IMG/VR virus record: IMGVR_UViG_3300031555_003522
Location: 143,862-207,861 of that record
DNA from: a virus
Lineage: Duplodnaviria > Caudoviricetes
Length of the DNA stretch: 64,000 nt
Strand: one strand, 5' to 3'
The notes below the pieces were generated by a model that saw only the letters and a list, made by a program, of their open reading frames with translations, ran no database searches and was not told the DNA's origin. Of this stretch, positions 1-9,524 are shown in pieces; the stretch's first letter is position 1, and each line of letters starts with the position of its first letter. Position numbers and translations under genes: made by a program.

Positions 1-121
1 AAATGGGGAGCGTCCTATAAACGGTAACAGAATATAGGATGATGATATAGTCTAATCTATATGGTGACATATAGCAGCTTACAAGCGGTATAAGATTAAC
101 GACCTTATATGAATAAAAATG
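1..121 (+). mobile_element. Group I self-splicing intron, 3' part only (window starts inside it); interrupts DNA polymerase motif A
   Basis: P3' AAATGGGGAGC, P8 hairpin, S element GATGATATAGTCTA, P9 hairpins, terminal G at 121 directly followed by TTT GCT TCG CTA TAC CCA TCT (FASLYPS). Confidence 0.85.
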
Positions 122-580
122 TTTGCTTCGCTATACCCATCTTTGATCCGTCAGTTTAATATAGCAGCTAATACTATTATTGGTAAGCTGATGATTAATG
201 ACAAAGTTCATGACAAAGAAAATATTTCTGATATGGATAACTGGACTAGAGCTGGTGCATTTATGGAAGATATTCAGTCTCAGCAGTGGCTAGAGTTTAC
301 TTCCAGATGGTTTGGACTGCCAGATTATACTGTTCTGTATCATGAAGTAGAGAGATTCTTTACGCAGATTGCTAATGCGTATCTCGGTCTTAGGGTCTAC
401 GAAAGAGATGGAACTATAGAGCCTATCACATTTGATAAAGATGGTCTTATGTGTGAGCCTATTGTATTTGAAGATAACGAAAGAAGAGAGGTTATAGATA
501 CCTATATCCCTCAGAATCTAAATAAATGGATGGAGTGGAGAAATCATGCAATTATGTATCCGAACCAGCAATTTAAATAG
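122..580 (+). CDS. Family B DNA polymerase, motif-A-bearing subunit of a split polymerase, last exon (ORF track 119..580)
   Basis: FASLYPS = PolB motif A (D-x-x-SLYPS) lacking its Asp, which should end the upstream exon; motifs B and C are in a separate gene at 20022-23908. Confidence 0.85.
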   Translation, partial: FASLYPSLIRQFNIAANTIIGKLMINDKVHDKENISDMDNWTRAGAFMEDIQSQQWLEFTSRWFGLPDYTVLYHEVERFFTQIANAYLGLRVYERDGTIEPITFDKDGLMCEPIVFEDNERREVIDTYIPQNLNKWMEWRNHAIMYPNQQFK

Positions 581-584
581 TGGA

Positions 585-1346
585 ATGATTCCTATAGCAG
601 ATTTCAAATATCTCTATGAATTAGCAAAATGCAGTAAATGTCAAATGTTTATATTAAAGGATAATGTATTATATGGAGCAAGTGATGAATGTGCTTCTAT
701 TCATGAAATACCTGTTCCATATCAGACTAATACTGATTTAATGTTTAGAGTGGATATGGTACCCAAAGATATGCTAGATCAATATGATACATTCTTTATT
801 CCATCTGATTTTGATTGGGTTATTTTGCCATCATATTATTGGAATATGTATATCGCTGGTGATCTTGAAGCTCTATACTCTCCAGAAATTGATCAGTATG
901 TGGTTCTAGATAAAACTACGAAAATGCCTATACAGCAGATATTTATAAATAAATATAGATCTGTAGACGACTTTGCGAGAAAAAGAATGATAACCCAATT
1001 AGATGCATACTTTAATAGAACTAAAACATTATTACCGAGATATGAATTTAGAGACATTCATACAAATCCAGCAATTCAATATATCTTTGAATCTAAAACT
1101 ATAGCTGGAGAATCTTTAGTTCATCTATCCGATGGAAATAAAAATGTAGCTTTCTATTTGTTCAAAGGAATGTTTACGTTAGGTAAATCTGATGTACTCC
1201 ATGTAGATATAAGATTTGATGCATTCGATTCTAATCTATTTGTAGCTAGTTTTAAACCGGTAAAAAAGAAGAATCCTATGACACTCAAAACATATGGAGT
1301 TCCATTCAGTGAACAAATACATTGTATGTATATAAATTTGGTATAA
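585..1346 (+). CDS. Hypothetical protein, candidate DNA sliding clamp (PCNA/gp45-like size and pattern)
   Basis: ORF 546..1346, likely ATG at 585 (253 aa), immediately after the polymerase subunit; the clamp assignment is by-eye inference only. Confidence 0.45.
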   Translation: MIPIADFKYLYELAKCSKCQMFILKDNVLYGASDECASIHEIPVPYQTNTDLMFRVDMVPKDMLDQYDTFFIPSDFDWVILPSYYWNMYIAGDLEALYSPEIDQYVVLDKTTKMPIQQIFINKYRSVDDFARKRMITQLDAYFNRTKTLLPRYEFRDIHTNPAIQYIFESKTIAGESLVHLSDGNKNVAFYLFKGMFTLGKSDVLHVDIRFDAFDSNLFVASFKPVKKKNPMTLKTYGVPFSEQIHCMYINLV

Positions 1347-1350
1347 TAAT

Positions 1351-1392
1351 TAAACCCTGGAGGCTTATACTCCAGGGTTTATTTTTTTTTTA
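1351..1392 (+). terminator. Intrinsic terminator
   Basis: TAAACCCTGGAG-loop-CTCCAGGGTTTA followed by a T run. Confidence 0.85.
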
Positions 1393-1407
1393 TACCATTA
1401 TACCTTC

Positions 1408-1419
1408 AACATTTATATA
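1408..1419 (+). promoter_or_regulatory. Late (non-virion RNAP-type) promoter AACA-N6-TA upstream of portal
   Basis: AACA TTTATA TA; same motif precedes most structural genes; matches the AR9 late consensus. Confidence 0.7.
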
Positions 1420-1444
1420 AATTCAAGTTTTGAGGTGACTGAAT

Positions 1445-3856
1445 ATGGCTAGAAATGAAAGAGCTGCATCAGAAGCCAGTAAGAGACTACAGTCTATAGG
1501 TCAGGGTATTGCGTCTAATATGGATGCTCTATATAGAAGCACTTATATGACAACAACCACCCAGAGTAAAGACCTTCAGGATCTTACTGATAGAATTAAT
1601 GATAATATTGATCAAATAGTTGCTAGAAATAATGATGCTCATGGTATTCCTAGTGTTAGTACGCTGTATACCAGAATTGCCAGAAATAACTCAAAAGATC
1701 AGAAGAGTTCTGATTTTATAAATGGCTTAGAAAATATGTTTGATAATGGTATGGTTACAGATGATCTATATGACCTATTCATGAGTAATAGATATTTGAG
1801 AGAATTGGATAACGAAATAGATACCATTTGTAAATATATGCCTGATCTTGAAGAAGCATTGGCAGTTATGAAAGACTGTGTGCTTTCTGCAGATCACTTC
1901 TCCAAAGATTTTCTTAGCCTTACAACTACTTCATCTGGAGTTCAAGCAACTGTATTTTCCGAAAGGGTTAAAGACCTCAAGAAGAGATATAAACTTCTCC
2001 CTCTTGTAGAAGAGATATATGAAAATATGTCTAAATATGGTGAACAGTTTATCTATCGTGTACCTTATAAAGATGCTATAGGTAGACTATTATCTACAAA
2101 ACCAGATACTTCTCTTGTTATGCCTCATAGAGGATTGCATGAAAGTACTCAGGAAGAAGATAAAAACTCTCTGTTTATGCTTAGTATGAATAATGAATCC
2201 TGTACCATTATTGGCATGGATAATCATGAATATTTAAATGAGTCTGCGACTATTATTACAGAAGGTACAACTCATGTGTCTAATGGAGAGGATGTTACTA
2301 CTCCTATGCAGACAAGTATTCTTGATAAGAAAGAATCTTTCAATATAGGTATAGAAATATGTAGGTCTGGTGTCATAGAGAGTGTTATTTCTGGCTATAG
2401 AGATGCTATTGCTAAGAAAACAAAATACACAAATGAATCTATGATGAAAGCATATGCAGAATCTTCTAAGAAAAATATAGAAGCTAGTGGAAATATAACA
2501 CTTCCCAAAGATAAGACAGATGGTAGGATACTTACCAATGATGGTCTTATCGGAGGAAGTAGACCTGAACCTGTAAAAGTTGATCTTCCTGGTTGTGTTG
2601 TTAAAAAGCTTCGCAGAGATCATGTATATCCTATTTATATTGAAGATATATGTATGGGATATTATTACTTTGAACTCAGACAGACTGATGAAGCCGATGC
2701 TTTTATGGGCTTTAAGAATATATTGGGAGACGTAACCACTAATATGAGGAATAGTGGTAACGATGGTCGTACTCCCTTCAATGCTGTAGATAGCCAAAGA
2801 CAGGATAATACTATTAAGTATGTAGCTGCTCAGCTATCTAAATTTATTGATAAGCAGTTTGTAAATGCAAATCAGGATATTGGTAAAGAAATTTATATGA
2901 TACTGAAGTATAATGATCTTTTCAATACTCCTTCTATTGATTCTATCAAAGTTACGTTTATTCCTCCTGAAGATATCGTACATTTCTTCTTTAGACAGGA
3001 TCCGATAACCCATAGAGGTATTTCTGATCTTGAGAAATCTATGGTTCCTGCAAAGGTATATACTAGTTTGTATATCACATCTGCTATCGGTAATCTGACT
3101 AGAGGTTATGATAAGCGAGTATATTATGTAAAGCAAACTGTAGATACTAATATTGCTAAGAATCTACTCACAACTATATCTCAGATTAAACAGTCTAATT
3201 TTGGTATTAGACAATTCCAGAATATTAATCATATTCTAAATATTACTGGTAGATTCAATGATTTGGTTATTCCCACCAATGCTTCTGGAGATCCTCCTAT
3301 TCAGTTTGAGATTATGCCTGGACAAAATATAGAGGTTCCTACTGAGCTTATGGAAGAACTGAAGTCTAGTGCTGTTAGTAGTACTGGTATTCCTATTGAA
3401 ATTATTCAGGCTAGACAGTCTATAGACTATGCAATGCAGTTGACAATGTCTAGCTCCAAAGTTCTTAGACTTTGCTATAAGAGACAGGAGCTGTATGAAG
3501 AACAACTTGCTACATTAATAGCACCTATCTATAATTATCAATATGATGAAAATATTTCTATCAATATTGAACTTCCCCCTCCGACATTTATCAATGTGAC
3601 GAATACCAATCAGCTTGTAGATAATACTAAGAATTTGGTACAATCTTTTGTTGATGTAGATCTTGCTGGAGTGAATGATGATGCATTGAGACAGAAATAT
3701 AGTAAAGAGTTGTTCAAGCACTATATTGGTACTCATATGGACATCTCCAGACATCAGGATATTCTTGAAAGATGTAAAATAGAATTAGCAAAAGATAATG
3801 ATGAATCTCATAGTGATAATGCTGGAAATGAAAATACTGGAGACGACTATTATTAA
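1445..3856 (+). CDS. Portal protein
   Basis: 803 aa; T4/phiKZ portal-like segments KYGEQFIY, RGYDKRVYYV, DLVIP..IQFEIMPGQ; next to tube/sheath genes. Confidence 0.75.
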   Translation: MARNERAASEASKRLQSIGQGIASNMDALYRSTYMTTTTQSKDLQDLTDRINDNIDQIVARNNDAHGIPSVSTLYTRIARNNSKDQKSSDFINGLENMFDNGMVTDDLYDLFMSNRYLRELDNEIDTICKYMPDLEEALAVMKDCVLSADHFSKDFLSLTTTSSGVQATVFSERVKDLKKRYKLLPLVEEIYENMSKYGEQFIYRVPYKDAIGRLLSTKPDTSLVMPHRGLHESTQEEDKNSLFMLSMNNESCTIIGMDNHEYLNESATIITEGTTHVSNGEDVTTPMQTSILDKKESFNIGIEICRSGVIESVISGYRDAIAKKTKYTNESMMKAYAESSKKNIEASGNITLPKDKTDGRILTNDGLIGGSRPEPVKVDLPGCVVKKLRRDHVYPIYIEDICMGYYYFELRQTDEADAFMGFKNILGDVTTNMRNSGNDGRTPFNAVDSQRQDNTIKYVAAQLSKFIDKQFVNANQDIGKEIYMILKYNDLFNTPSIDSIKVTFIPPEDIVHFFFRQDPITHRGISDLEKSMVPAKVYTSLYITSAIGNLTRGYDKRVYYVKQTVDTNIAKNLLTTISQIKQSNFGIRQFQNINHILNITGRFNDLVIPTNASGDPPIQFEIMPGQNIEVPTELMEELKSSAVSSTGIPIEIIQARQSIDYAMQLTMSSSKVLRLCYKRQELYEEQLATLIAPIYNYQYDENISINIELPPPTFINVTNTNQLVDNTKNLVQSFVDVDLAGVNDDALRQKYSKELFKHYIGTHMDISRHQDILERCKIELAKDNDESHSDNAGNENTGDDYY

Positions 3857-3863
3857 AAAGAAT

Positions 3864-3893
3864 AATCCCCACTGGATAATTCCAGTGGGGATT
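3864..3893. terminator. Bidirectional terminator between convergent portal and tail tube genes
   Basis: AATCCCCACTGGA TAAT TCCAGTGGGGATT perfect inverted repeat. Confidence 0.8.
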
Positions 3894-3902
3894 TATATTT
3901 TA

Positions 3903-4760
3903 TTAGATACTGGTACGAGTAACAGAATCCTGAATCAGCTTAGTCTGAGCCAGACCACTATGAGCATCGCTAAGAGCAGCATAGTTGTAATCCCAGCTAT
4001 TACGGTGTACCATCTTGCTATTGGCAGAGGAGTTCATCCAATCGAGGATCTTCTTTGCACGAGCATTGATAGCGGAACCAGTAATGGGGAATCCACTAAA
4101 CTCAGCAGAGATTTCCTGGAACTGAACATCACCCTTATTGCCATTAAAGATAGACAACTGAGCGGTAGTGGGCATACAACCAACAAGGTAGACAGCTCTC
4201 TCAACCAGCAGACCAGTATTATCGGTATGCAGGTACAGGAAGCTAAAGCATTCCTTGTGGAAGCCAGCATCATTTGGCAGAATCTGTCCGTTTTCAAAAC
4301 CGATCATACCATTATAGGTCTTAAAACCGGTTGCAGGATCACGAACAGAACGCAGATACAGTTCATGCATCTTAGTAATAGTTGCACCAGACTTTTCCAT
4401 GTAGTTCATAGAGAAGTTGGAGCCACCCTGGCCATTAACCTTGGTAATGACATTCATAGCCTGGAGACCATTTTCGATAGGAGTAGAATCGGAACTCATA
4501 TCCTCCAGACCAGAGCCAAATCCACGGAATTCATACTCAAGAATATGAGTATAGGAATTAACCAGCTGAGCAACCTCAGTATCAGCTTCGGCCATCTTAC
4601 GCAAGAATTCGGGAATAGAAACCACGATCAGATAAGGATAACCACTCTCGTACAGATCAAACTGCTGAAGCTGAGTAAAGTCCGTAGTACCACGGAACAG
4701 CGTATAAGCAGTAATATCACGAGGGGTCTTCAGATCGGTAAACATATTATACTGACCCAT
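3903..4760 (-). CDS. Tail tube protein
   Basis: 285 aa directly downstream of sheath; strong codon bias; tube-like C-terminus (GCMPTTAQLS..EISAEFSG). Confidence 0.65.
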   Translation of the reverse strand: MGQYNMFTDLKTPRDITAYTLFRGTTDFTQLQQFDLYESGYPYLIVVSIPEFLRKMAEADTEVAQLVNSYTHILEYEFRGFGSGLEDMSSDSTPIENGLQAMNVITKVNGQGGSNFSMNYMEKSGATITKMHELYLRSVRDPATGFKTYNGMIGFENGQILPNDAGFHKECFSFLYLHTDNTGLLVERAVYLVGCMPTTAQLSIFNGNKGDVQFQEISAEFSGFPITGSAINARAKKILDWMNSSANSKMVHRNSWDYNYAALSDAHSGLAQTKLIQDSVTRTSI

Positions 4761-4784
4761 AAGTATTATTCTCCTTTCTTAAGA

Positions 4785-6638
4785 TTAAGATTCGATCTCT
4801 TCGGTAGAGAGAGCAACAACCTTAATCATTTCGGTCTGGATAAAGTCCTTATATGCGACCTTCAGAACAGCATAGAAGATCTTGTTGACAGAATAAGTTG
4901 CATCCTGGACGTACTCCAGAGTCAGAGTATTAAAGTTGCTACGATAAGCGGCAATGACTTCTTCAACATCAGCCTTATAAGCCTCGAGATCCTCACCCTC
5001 AAAGAAGGTATAACGGATAGCAGGGCAACGGGTACGGATAGCCTTAACAACTTCCTGAATACCCATGACGTTGTTGACAAAAGACCACTGACTGTACTTC
5101 TCCTGAGAGGTGTACAGAGCTTCAATAACCAGACGGTTGTCGATATAGGAAGCATAGTTTACACGCATATCCTCAAGGATTTCCTTCTGGTTGACAGTGG
5201 GACAGATAACAGGAGAGAAGGACAGAGTGCCATAAATGGCATTGTCAATACTCATGTTATACTTCATACCAGCAGTAGGCAGAATCCGACCATTGTTAAT
5301 ATGCTGGACAAGCTTGATAGCAATGTCGTAGCCAATGGTGACAGAAATCTGACGCTTGGTATAGGGATCAATGATATCATAAGACTGAGGATAGGTTGCG
5401 CAGAACATGCTCTTAGCCTCATCCTTACAATTAGATTCGATAGCATTGATAGTGGTAACCTTCAAGCCCTGATCACGGAAGTACATAAAGTCTTCACGGA
5501 ACATCGCCAGAGCTTCGATGGCACGCTTAACCTTTGCAGGATAGTTAGCATCGACAATAGCATCAATCTTATACTGATCCATATTGTAGATGACATTATC
5601 GAAAGTGCCGTTAAATGCTTCAACAGCCTGATCGGCCCAAGCATCAACAGCTTCGATGGGGTAGTCACCAAATGCGCCATTGGAACCACCAGACAACATC
5701 TGACCATACTCATACTGAAGGTTAATGCCATCAGCATCGAAAGTAATATTGGGCAGATCGGTACCACGATTGGTGCAGCCAAACAGCACATCGTACTTAT
5801 ACATAGCAGCGGCATCAATAGTGTCGTCGCCAGTAGCAGCAGCCAGAGCTTCAACATAAGCATCCAGCTGATCGGGGTATTCAATACACTGCAGCTGAGA
5901 GGAATTGGTAGAAACCATTCCCTGCAGAGAGATATTGACACCATTAGCAATCAGAGCATGGTTAGCACTGAAGGTCATAGATTCAACCTCAATATTACCT
6001 TCAAAGACCTGAAGAGTGTACAGAACATACTCCAGAGACTTAGAGACCTTATAGTTGGGGGTGATCTTAATACGCTTCTTGCTAGTACCACGACCATTGT
6101 CAGAAATGACATACAGAAGATACTCGCCCTCTGCCAGATTTTCGAGAATTGCATCAGCAGCCTCTTTGATAGTTGCGGTATTTTCTGCAGACTTGATGGA
6201 ATAAGTGACCTTATTCACAGTCTTGGAAACCATATAGGGAGTCTCAGTAACCTCAACAGTCTGGTTACCCTCGCTGTCAACATACAGCAGAGCGCCAGTT
6301 GCATCGGTACCCTGAACTTCGGTTTCCTCCTGAGTGATGGCGGCAACAATACCCATATTCGCCAGGGTTGCATCTTCAGCTACCAGACGCTTACACAACA
6401 GCTCTGCACCAGAGTTGATGGACATAGCGGCCTGCAGCAGAGGCTGACCATGACGCTTGAAGGAGATACTCTTGCCATACATCTTAAAGAAATCTTCGCC
6501 AGAGATACGGGTCCATGCTTCAGTACCCTTATCAGAACTAAATACAGCACAATACAGAGGCATATTACGGACTTCCGTAATAGGCAATGTAGAAATGCCG
6601 CTTTGGTCTTCATATTCAGCAATGAAACCAGGATACAT
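4785..6638 (-). CDS. Contractile tail sheath protein
   Basis: 617 aa; sheath-like features (MYPG start, LSGGSNG, IVDANYP, AMFREDFMYFRDQG); highly expressed codon usage; late promoter at 6713-6724. Confidence 0.8.
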   Translation of the reverse strand: MYPGFIAEYEDQSGISTLPITEVRNMPLYCAVFSSDKGTEAWTRISGEDFFKMYGKSISFKRHGQPLLQAAMSINSGAELLCKRLVAEDATLANMGIVAAITQEETEVQGTDATGALLYVDSEGNQTVEVTETPYMVSKTVNKVTYSIKSAENTATIKEAADAILENLAEGEYLLYVISDNGRGTSKKRIKITPNYKVSKSLEYVLYTLQVFEGNIEVESMTFSANHALIANGVNISLQGMVSTNSSQLQCIEYPDQLDAYVEALAAATGDDTIDAAAMYKYDVLFGCTNRGTDLPNITFDADGINLQYEYGQMLSGGSNGAFGDYPIEAVDAWADQAVEAFNGTFDNVIYNMDQYKIDAIVDANYPAKVKRAIEALAMFREDFMYFRDQGLKVTTINAIESNCKDEAKSMFCATYPQSYDIIDPYTKRQISVTIGYDIAIKLVQHINNGRILPTAGMKYNMSIDNAIYGTLSFSPVICPTVNQKEILEDMRVNYASYIDNRLVIEALYTSQEKYSQWSFVNNVMGIQEVVKAIRTRCPAIRYTFFEGEDLEAYKADVEEVIAAYRSNFNTLTLEYVQDATYSVNKIFYAVLKVAYKDFIQTEMIKVVALSTEEIES

Positions 6639-6712
6639 TAACGTTTCCTCCTTTATAATATTTATAATTTAAAAAGATCTTTAATGCATAAAATTAGAGC
6701 ATTACAGCTTTT

Positions 6713-6724
6713 TATTTTTATGTT
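6713..6724 (-). promoter_or_regulatory. Late promoter AACA-N6-TA (sheath/tube)
   Basis: minus strand AACA TAAAAA TA. Confidence 0.65.
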
Positions 6725-6736
6725 ATGAATAGCAAA

Positions 6737-7471
6737 TCATTCATGAGTACCCATAAGGAGTTTTTCAAGAGGGGAATTAGAATCCGCAGGATTCATAATT
6801 GCTCCAACAACGCCCAAATCCCAGTTCTCGCTACTAATAGAAGCATTGGGAGATATATACTTAGGTAGATCTTTTATACTAATAGCTCTATAAGCCATTT
6901 GATCTGTAAACTTAGTATGTCTGAAAGCTACAGAAGGATCTGATGCAGATCTAGACATTTCACTAACAACAACACCGAACATCTGCAGACTCATCCCATA
7001 AGAAGATCCATTTAATTCAATAGATTCTACAAAGTAATCCTGCAATTTATTATATGGTATTGTAGTAGGAAGTTTACCGGTAAGAAAGATTCTATAGAAG
7101 TCTTCTACGTTTGCAATATTCTGAGGAACCTTGGTAGATACTACAACAGCATCTCCCTTTTCAAATATTAGTAAGCGGTAATCTTGTGCTTCTGTAGCAT
7201 GCTTTAAACGTAAATTTTTAGATTTCTCGATTCTAGAAGGCTTACACAAGAAGACTGTGGGAAAGTAAAATCTCTTAAGTCCTATATTAGATCCATCTTC
7301 ATTAAAGATACTATAGTCTAATATTCCTAAAAGATTTACATATTCGCCCTTAATCTGTGCATCTCCTCTATCGAAGAAAATTTCAGGTACATAAAAAACA
7401 AATTGGCCATTTTGATTAAATAAGAGAGAATCTCCATCTCTCTTTAAAAAGCCAGGTACTTTATATGCCAT
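6737..7471 (-). CDS. RNA polymerase beta'-like extreme C-terminal fragment (probable virion RNAP subunit)
   Basis: SIELNG..MSLQMFGVVVSEMSR and YRAISIKDLPKYISPNASISSEN align by eye with beta' C-terminal motifs (VYRLQG..HIEVIVRQM; LGITKASL..SFISAASFQ); ATG at 7471 after AGGTGG. Confidence 0.55.
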   Translation of the reverse strand: MAYKVPGFLKRDGDSLLFNQNGQFVFYVPEIFFDRGDAQIKGEYVNLLGILDYSIFNEDGSNIGLKRFYFPTVFLCKPSRIEKSKNLRLKHATEAQDYRLLIFEKGDAVVVSTKVPQNIANVEDFYRIFLTGKLPTTIPYNKLQDYFVESIELNGSSYGMSLQMFGVVVSEMSRSASDPSVAFRHTKFTDQMAYRAISIKDLPKYISPNASISSENWDLGVVGAIMNPADSNSPLEKLLMGTHE

Positions 7472-7560
7472 ATAAATACCACCTTTTATAAGTATTAATT
7501 TAATGTAAAAATAATAAAAAACTAGAAGGGTGAGAATCACCCTTCTAATATATAATAGAC

Positions 7561-8046
7561 TTACCAGACTAGTACTCTACCTATAATATTATAAGTAGCT
7601 GGGGAGACATTAATTGTTAAAGACCCATTAGTACAGTTCACAGAGCAAGATTCAACTAAATCCAAGACAGAAAGATCTGGAATAAATTCTGCGTTAGAAC
7701 TACCTCTGATCCTAGAATCAGAAATAATTTTTGTTCCATTAATTACAAGAATATTATTTAACTCAAATCTATTTCCACTTAAATTTATCCACCCATTTGT
7801 TCCGCTATAGATATACAAAGTGCCCGAGTCTAATACAACATAGAGTTTATCAGTAATGGGGGCTAGAATTCTATCTTTTTCATCTTCTGTAGCAATAATT
7901 ATAGTATCGCTACTCATTTTAATACGCTCACCCTGAGTGGGACTATCAAAATAAATATTCTTACTATCGACGCAATAATACAAAGCTTCAGACTCATAAG
8001 GCTTTGCAGATACGTCATTTTCTGTAAGATCATAATACTTAATCAA
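7561..8046 (-). CDS. Virion/tail-associated protein
   Basis: 161 aa in the fibre cluster; repeated LYY..D...IY motif typical of fibre N-terminal modules. Confidence 0.5.
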   Translation of the reverse strand: MIKYYDLTENDVSAKPYESEALYYCVDSKNIYFDSPTQGERIKMSSDTIIIATEDEKDRILAPITDKLYVVLDSGTLYIYSGTNGWINLSGNRFELNNILVINGTKIISDSRIRGSSNAEFIPDLSVLDLVESCSVNCTNGSLTINVSPATYNIIGRVLVW

Positions 8047-8132
8047 GTCTATTCAACTCCTTTTTATAGTTTTATTATAATGTGGATAAAATAAGAAGAG
8101 AGATCTTTCGATCTCTCTTCTATTTATTTTAA

Positions 8133-9419
8133 TTAGAAGCTAGTCTTCCAAGTCAGAGCATCAACGACAGCCTTCTCAGAAGTAACCTTCTCGTCAGAAG
8201 CAGCATCAGCCTGAGCAGCAAATTCAGCAGAACCGACGATATCGGTCTTAGCTACGGCATAGCCCTGGACATAAGCCTGAGCACCAGCCTCGGTAGCCAG
8301 TACAGTAGCACCACCGGTCATGGTCTCGCCACCCAGAGTGTAACCAGAAGCTTCAGCATCGCCTTCAGCAGATGCGCGGATAACCTGGCCAGCAGCGGCA
8401 GCGTCGACCTTGTTCATCTTCTTATTGATGGACTCATTCAGAGCATCACGAACACCAGCAATGTGAGCGGCAACAGCGGCCTCAGTAGCCAGAGTAGTTG
8501 CATTGGGAGTCTCAGCCAGAGTAGCAGCACCAGCCTTAACACCAGAATCAGCAATGCCACCCTCAGCAGTCAGAGTTGCAACATTACCAGCAGTAGCACC
8601 AGCAACCTTATCAACCTTGCCAGACAGATCCTGAGCAGCAACATACAGACCATTGTCGGTCAGGGTCAGCATATTACCGTCTGCCTCGGAAACAATAGCC
8701 TCAGCGGTGAACTCATTACCAGTAACGGTCAGCTGAACACCCTTACCGCTCTTAGCAGTGTAGGTATCAACCAGATCGCCAACAGGAATCTCCAGATCTT
8801 CAGACTCATCATTGAAGGACAGGATGATCTTCTTAGTCTCATCATTATAAGTTGCAGATTCTACGAATCTTTCGAGATCCAGGTTAATAGCAGTACCCAG
8901 AGCAGTACCCTCAGCGTTCAGAATGGTCAGAGCGCCAGTAGAAGGATCATATGCCAGGGAAGCTGCAACATTGGTCATGGGCAGATCCTGAGTATTACCA
9001 TCACCAGTGGTAACCTTCAGAGTATTGGTAGCGGCGGTATAAGATACGCCAGTAACAACACTAGCAGAACCAGTAACATTAGCAATCTGCTCGGTGACAT
9101 AGTCGACAACAGCCTTGCCAGTTACGCCCTGAGTTTCATTGGATGCTTCGACAGTATTTGCAACAGGCTTAATGACGGTGGTCCAAGCGGTACCATTCCA
9201 TATACGGCCTTCCAGAGTTGCAGAGTCGATGTACAGCTTGCCCATGGCAATGCCAGTGGTGGGAAGCGTAGTATACAGCTCAACAGACTCATTGAACAAC
9301 TGAGTGCCGCGATACAGTTCGCCAGTATCTTCCAGGAAGCACAGCATGTCGTTGGTTACTTTGCCAGCCTGGACAGCAGCCTTATATGCGTCACTCTTAA
9401 TAAAATACCAAGATAACAT
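8133..9419 (-). CDS. Tail fibre-like virion protein, paralogue of 11114-13036
   Basis: 428 aa, Ala/Thr/Gly-rich; LCFLEDTGELYRG N-terminal module and LDLERFV shared with 11114-13036. Confidence 0.6.
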   Translation of the reverse strand: MLSWYFIKSDAYKAAVQAGKVTNDMLCFLEDTGELYRGTQLFNESVELYTTLPTTGIAMGKLYIDSATLEGRIWNGTAWTTVIKPVANTVEASNETQGVTGKAVVDYVTEQIANVTGSASVVTGVSYTAATNTLKVTTGDGNTQDLPMTNVAASLAYDPSTGALTILNAEGTALGTAINLDLERFVESATYNDETKKIILSFNDESEDLEIPVGDLVDTYTAKSGKGVQLTVTGNEFTAEAIVSEADGNMLTLTDNGLYVAAQDLSGKVDKVAGATAGNVATLTAEGGIADSGVKAGAATLAETPNATTLATEAAVAAHIAGVRDALNESINKKMNKVDAAAAGQVIRASAEGDAEASGYTLGGETMTGGATVLATEAGAQAYVQGYAVAKTDIVGSAEFAAQADAASDEKVTSEKAVVDALTWKTSF

Positions 9420-9524
9420 AATTTAGTTTCCTCCTTAAATTTAGGTTTAATAAAATGTTTAATTTTTTCCTCATATAGTGATATGTTTTTATATAATGGG
9501 GTGGAAAACCACCCCATCAATATA

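Noticed and set aside
3798-6641. 947-aa plus-strand ORF, and similar long antisense ORFs at 8463-9416, 9483-11132, 11087-12556, 29764-31422 and 45937-47730
   Set aside because: Shadows of strongly codon-biased genes on the opposite strand; Ser/Ile/Leu-rich, no RBS or motifs
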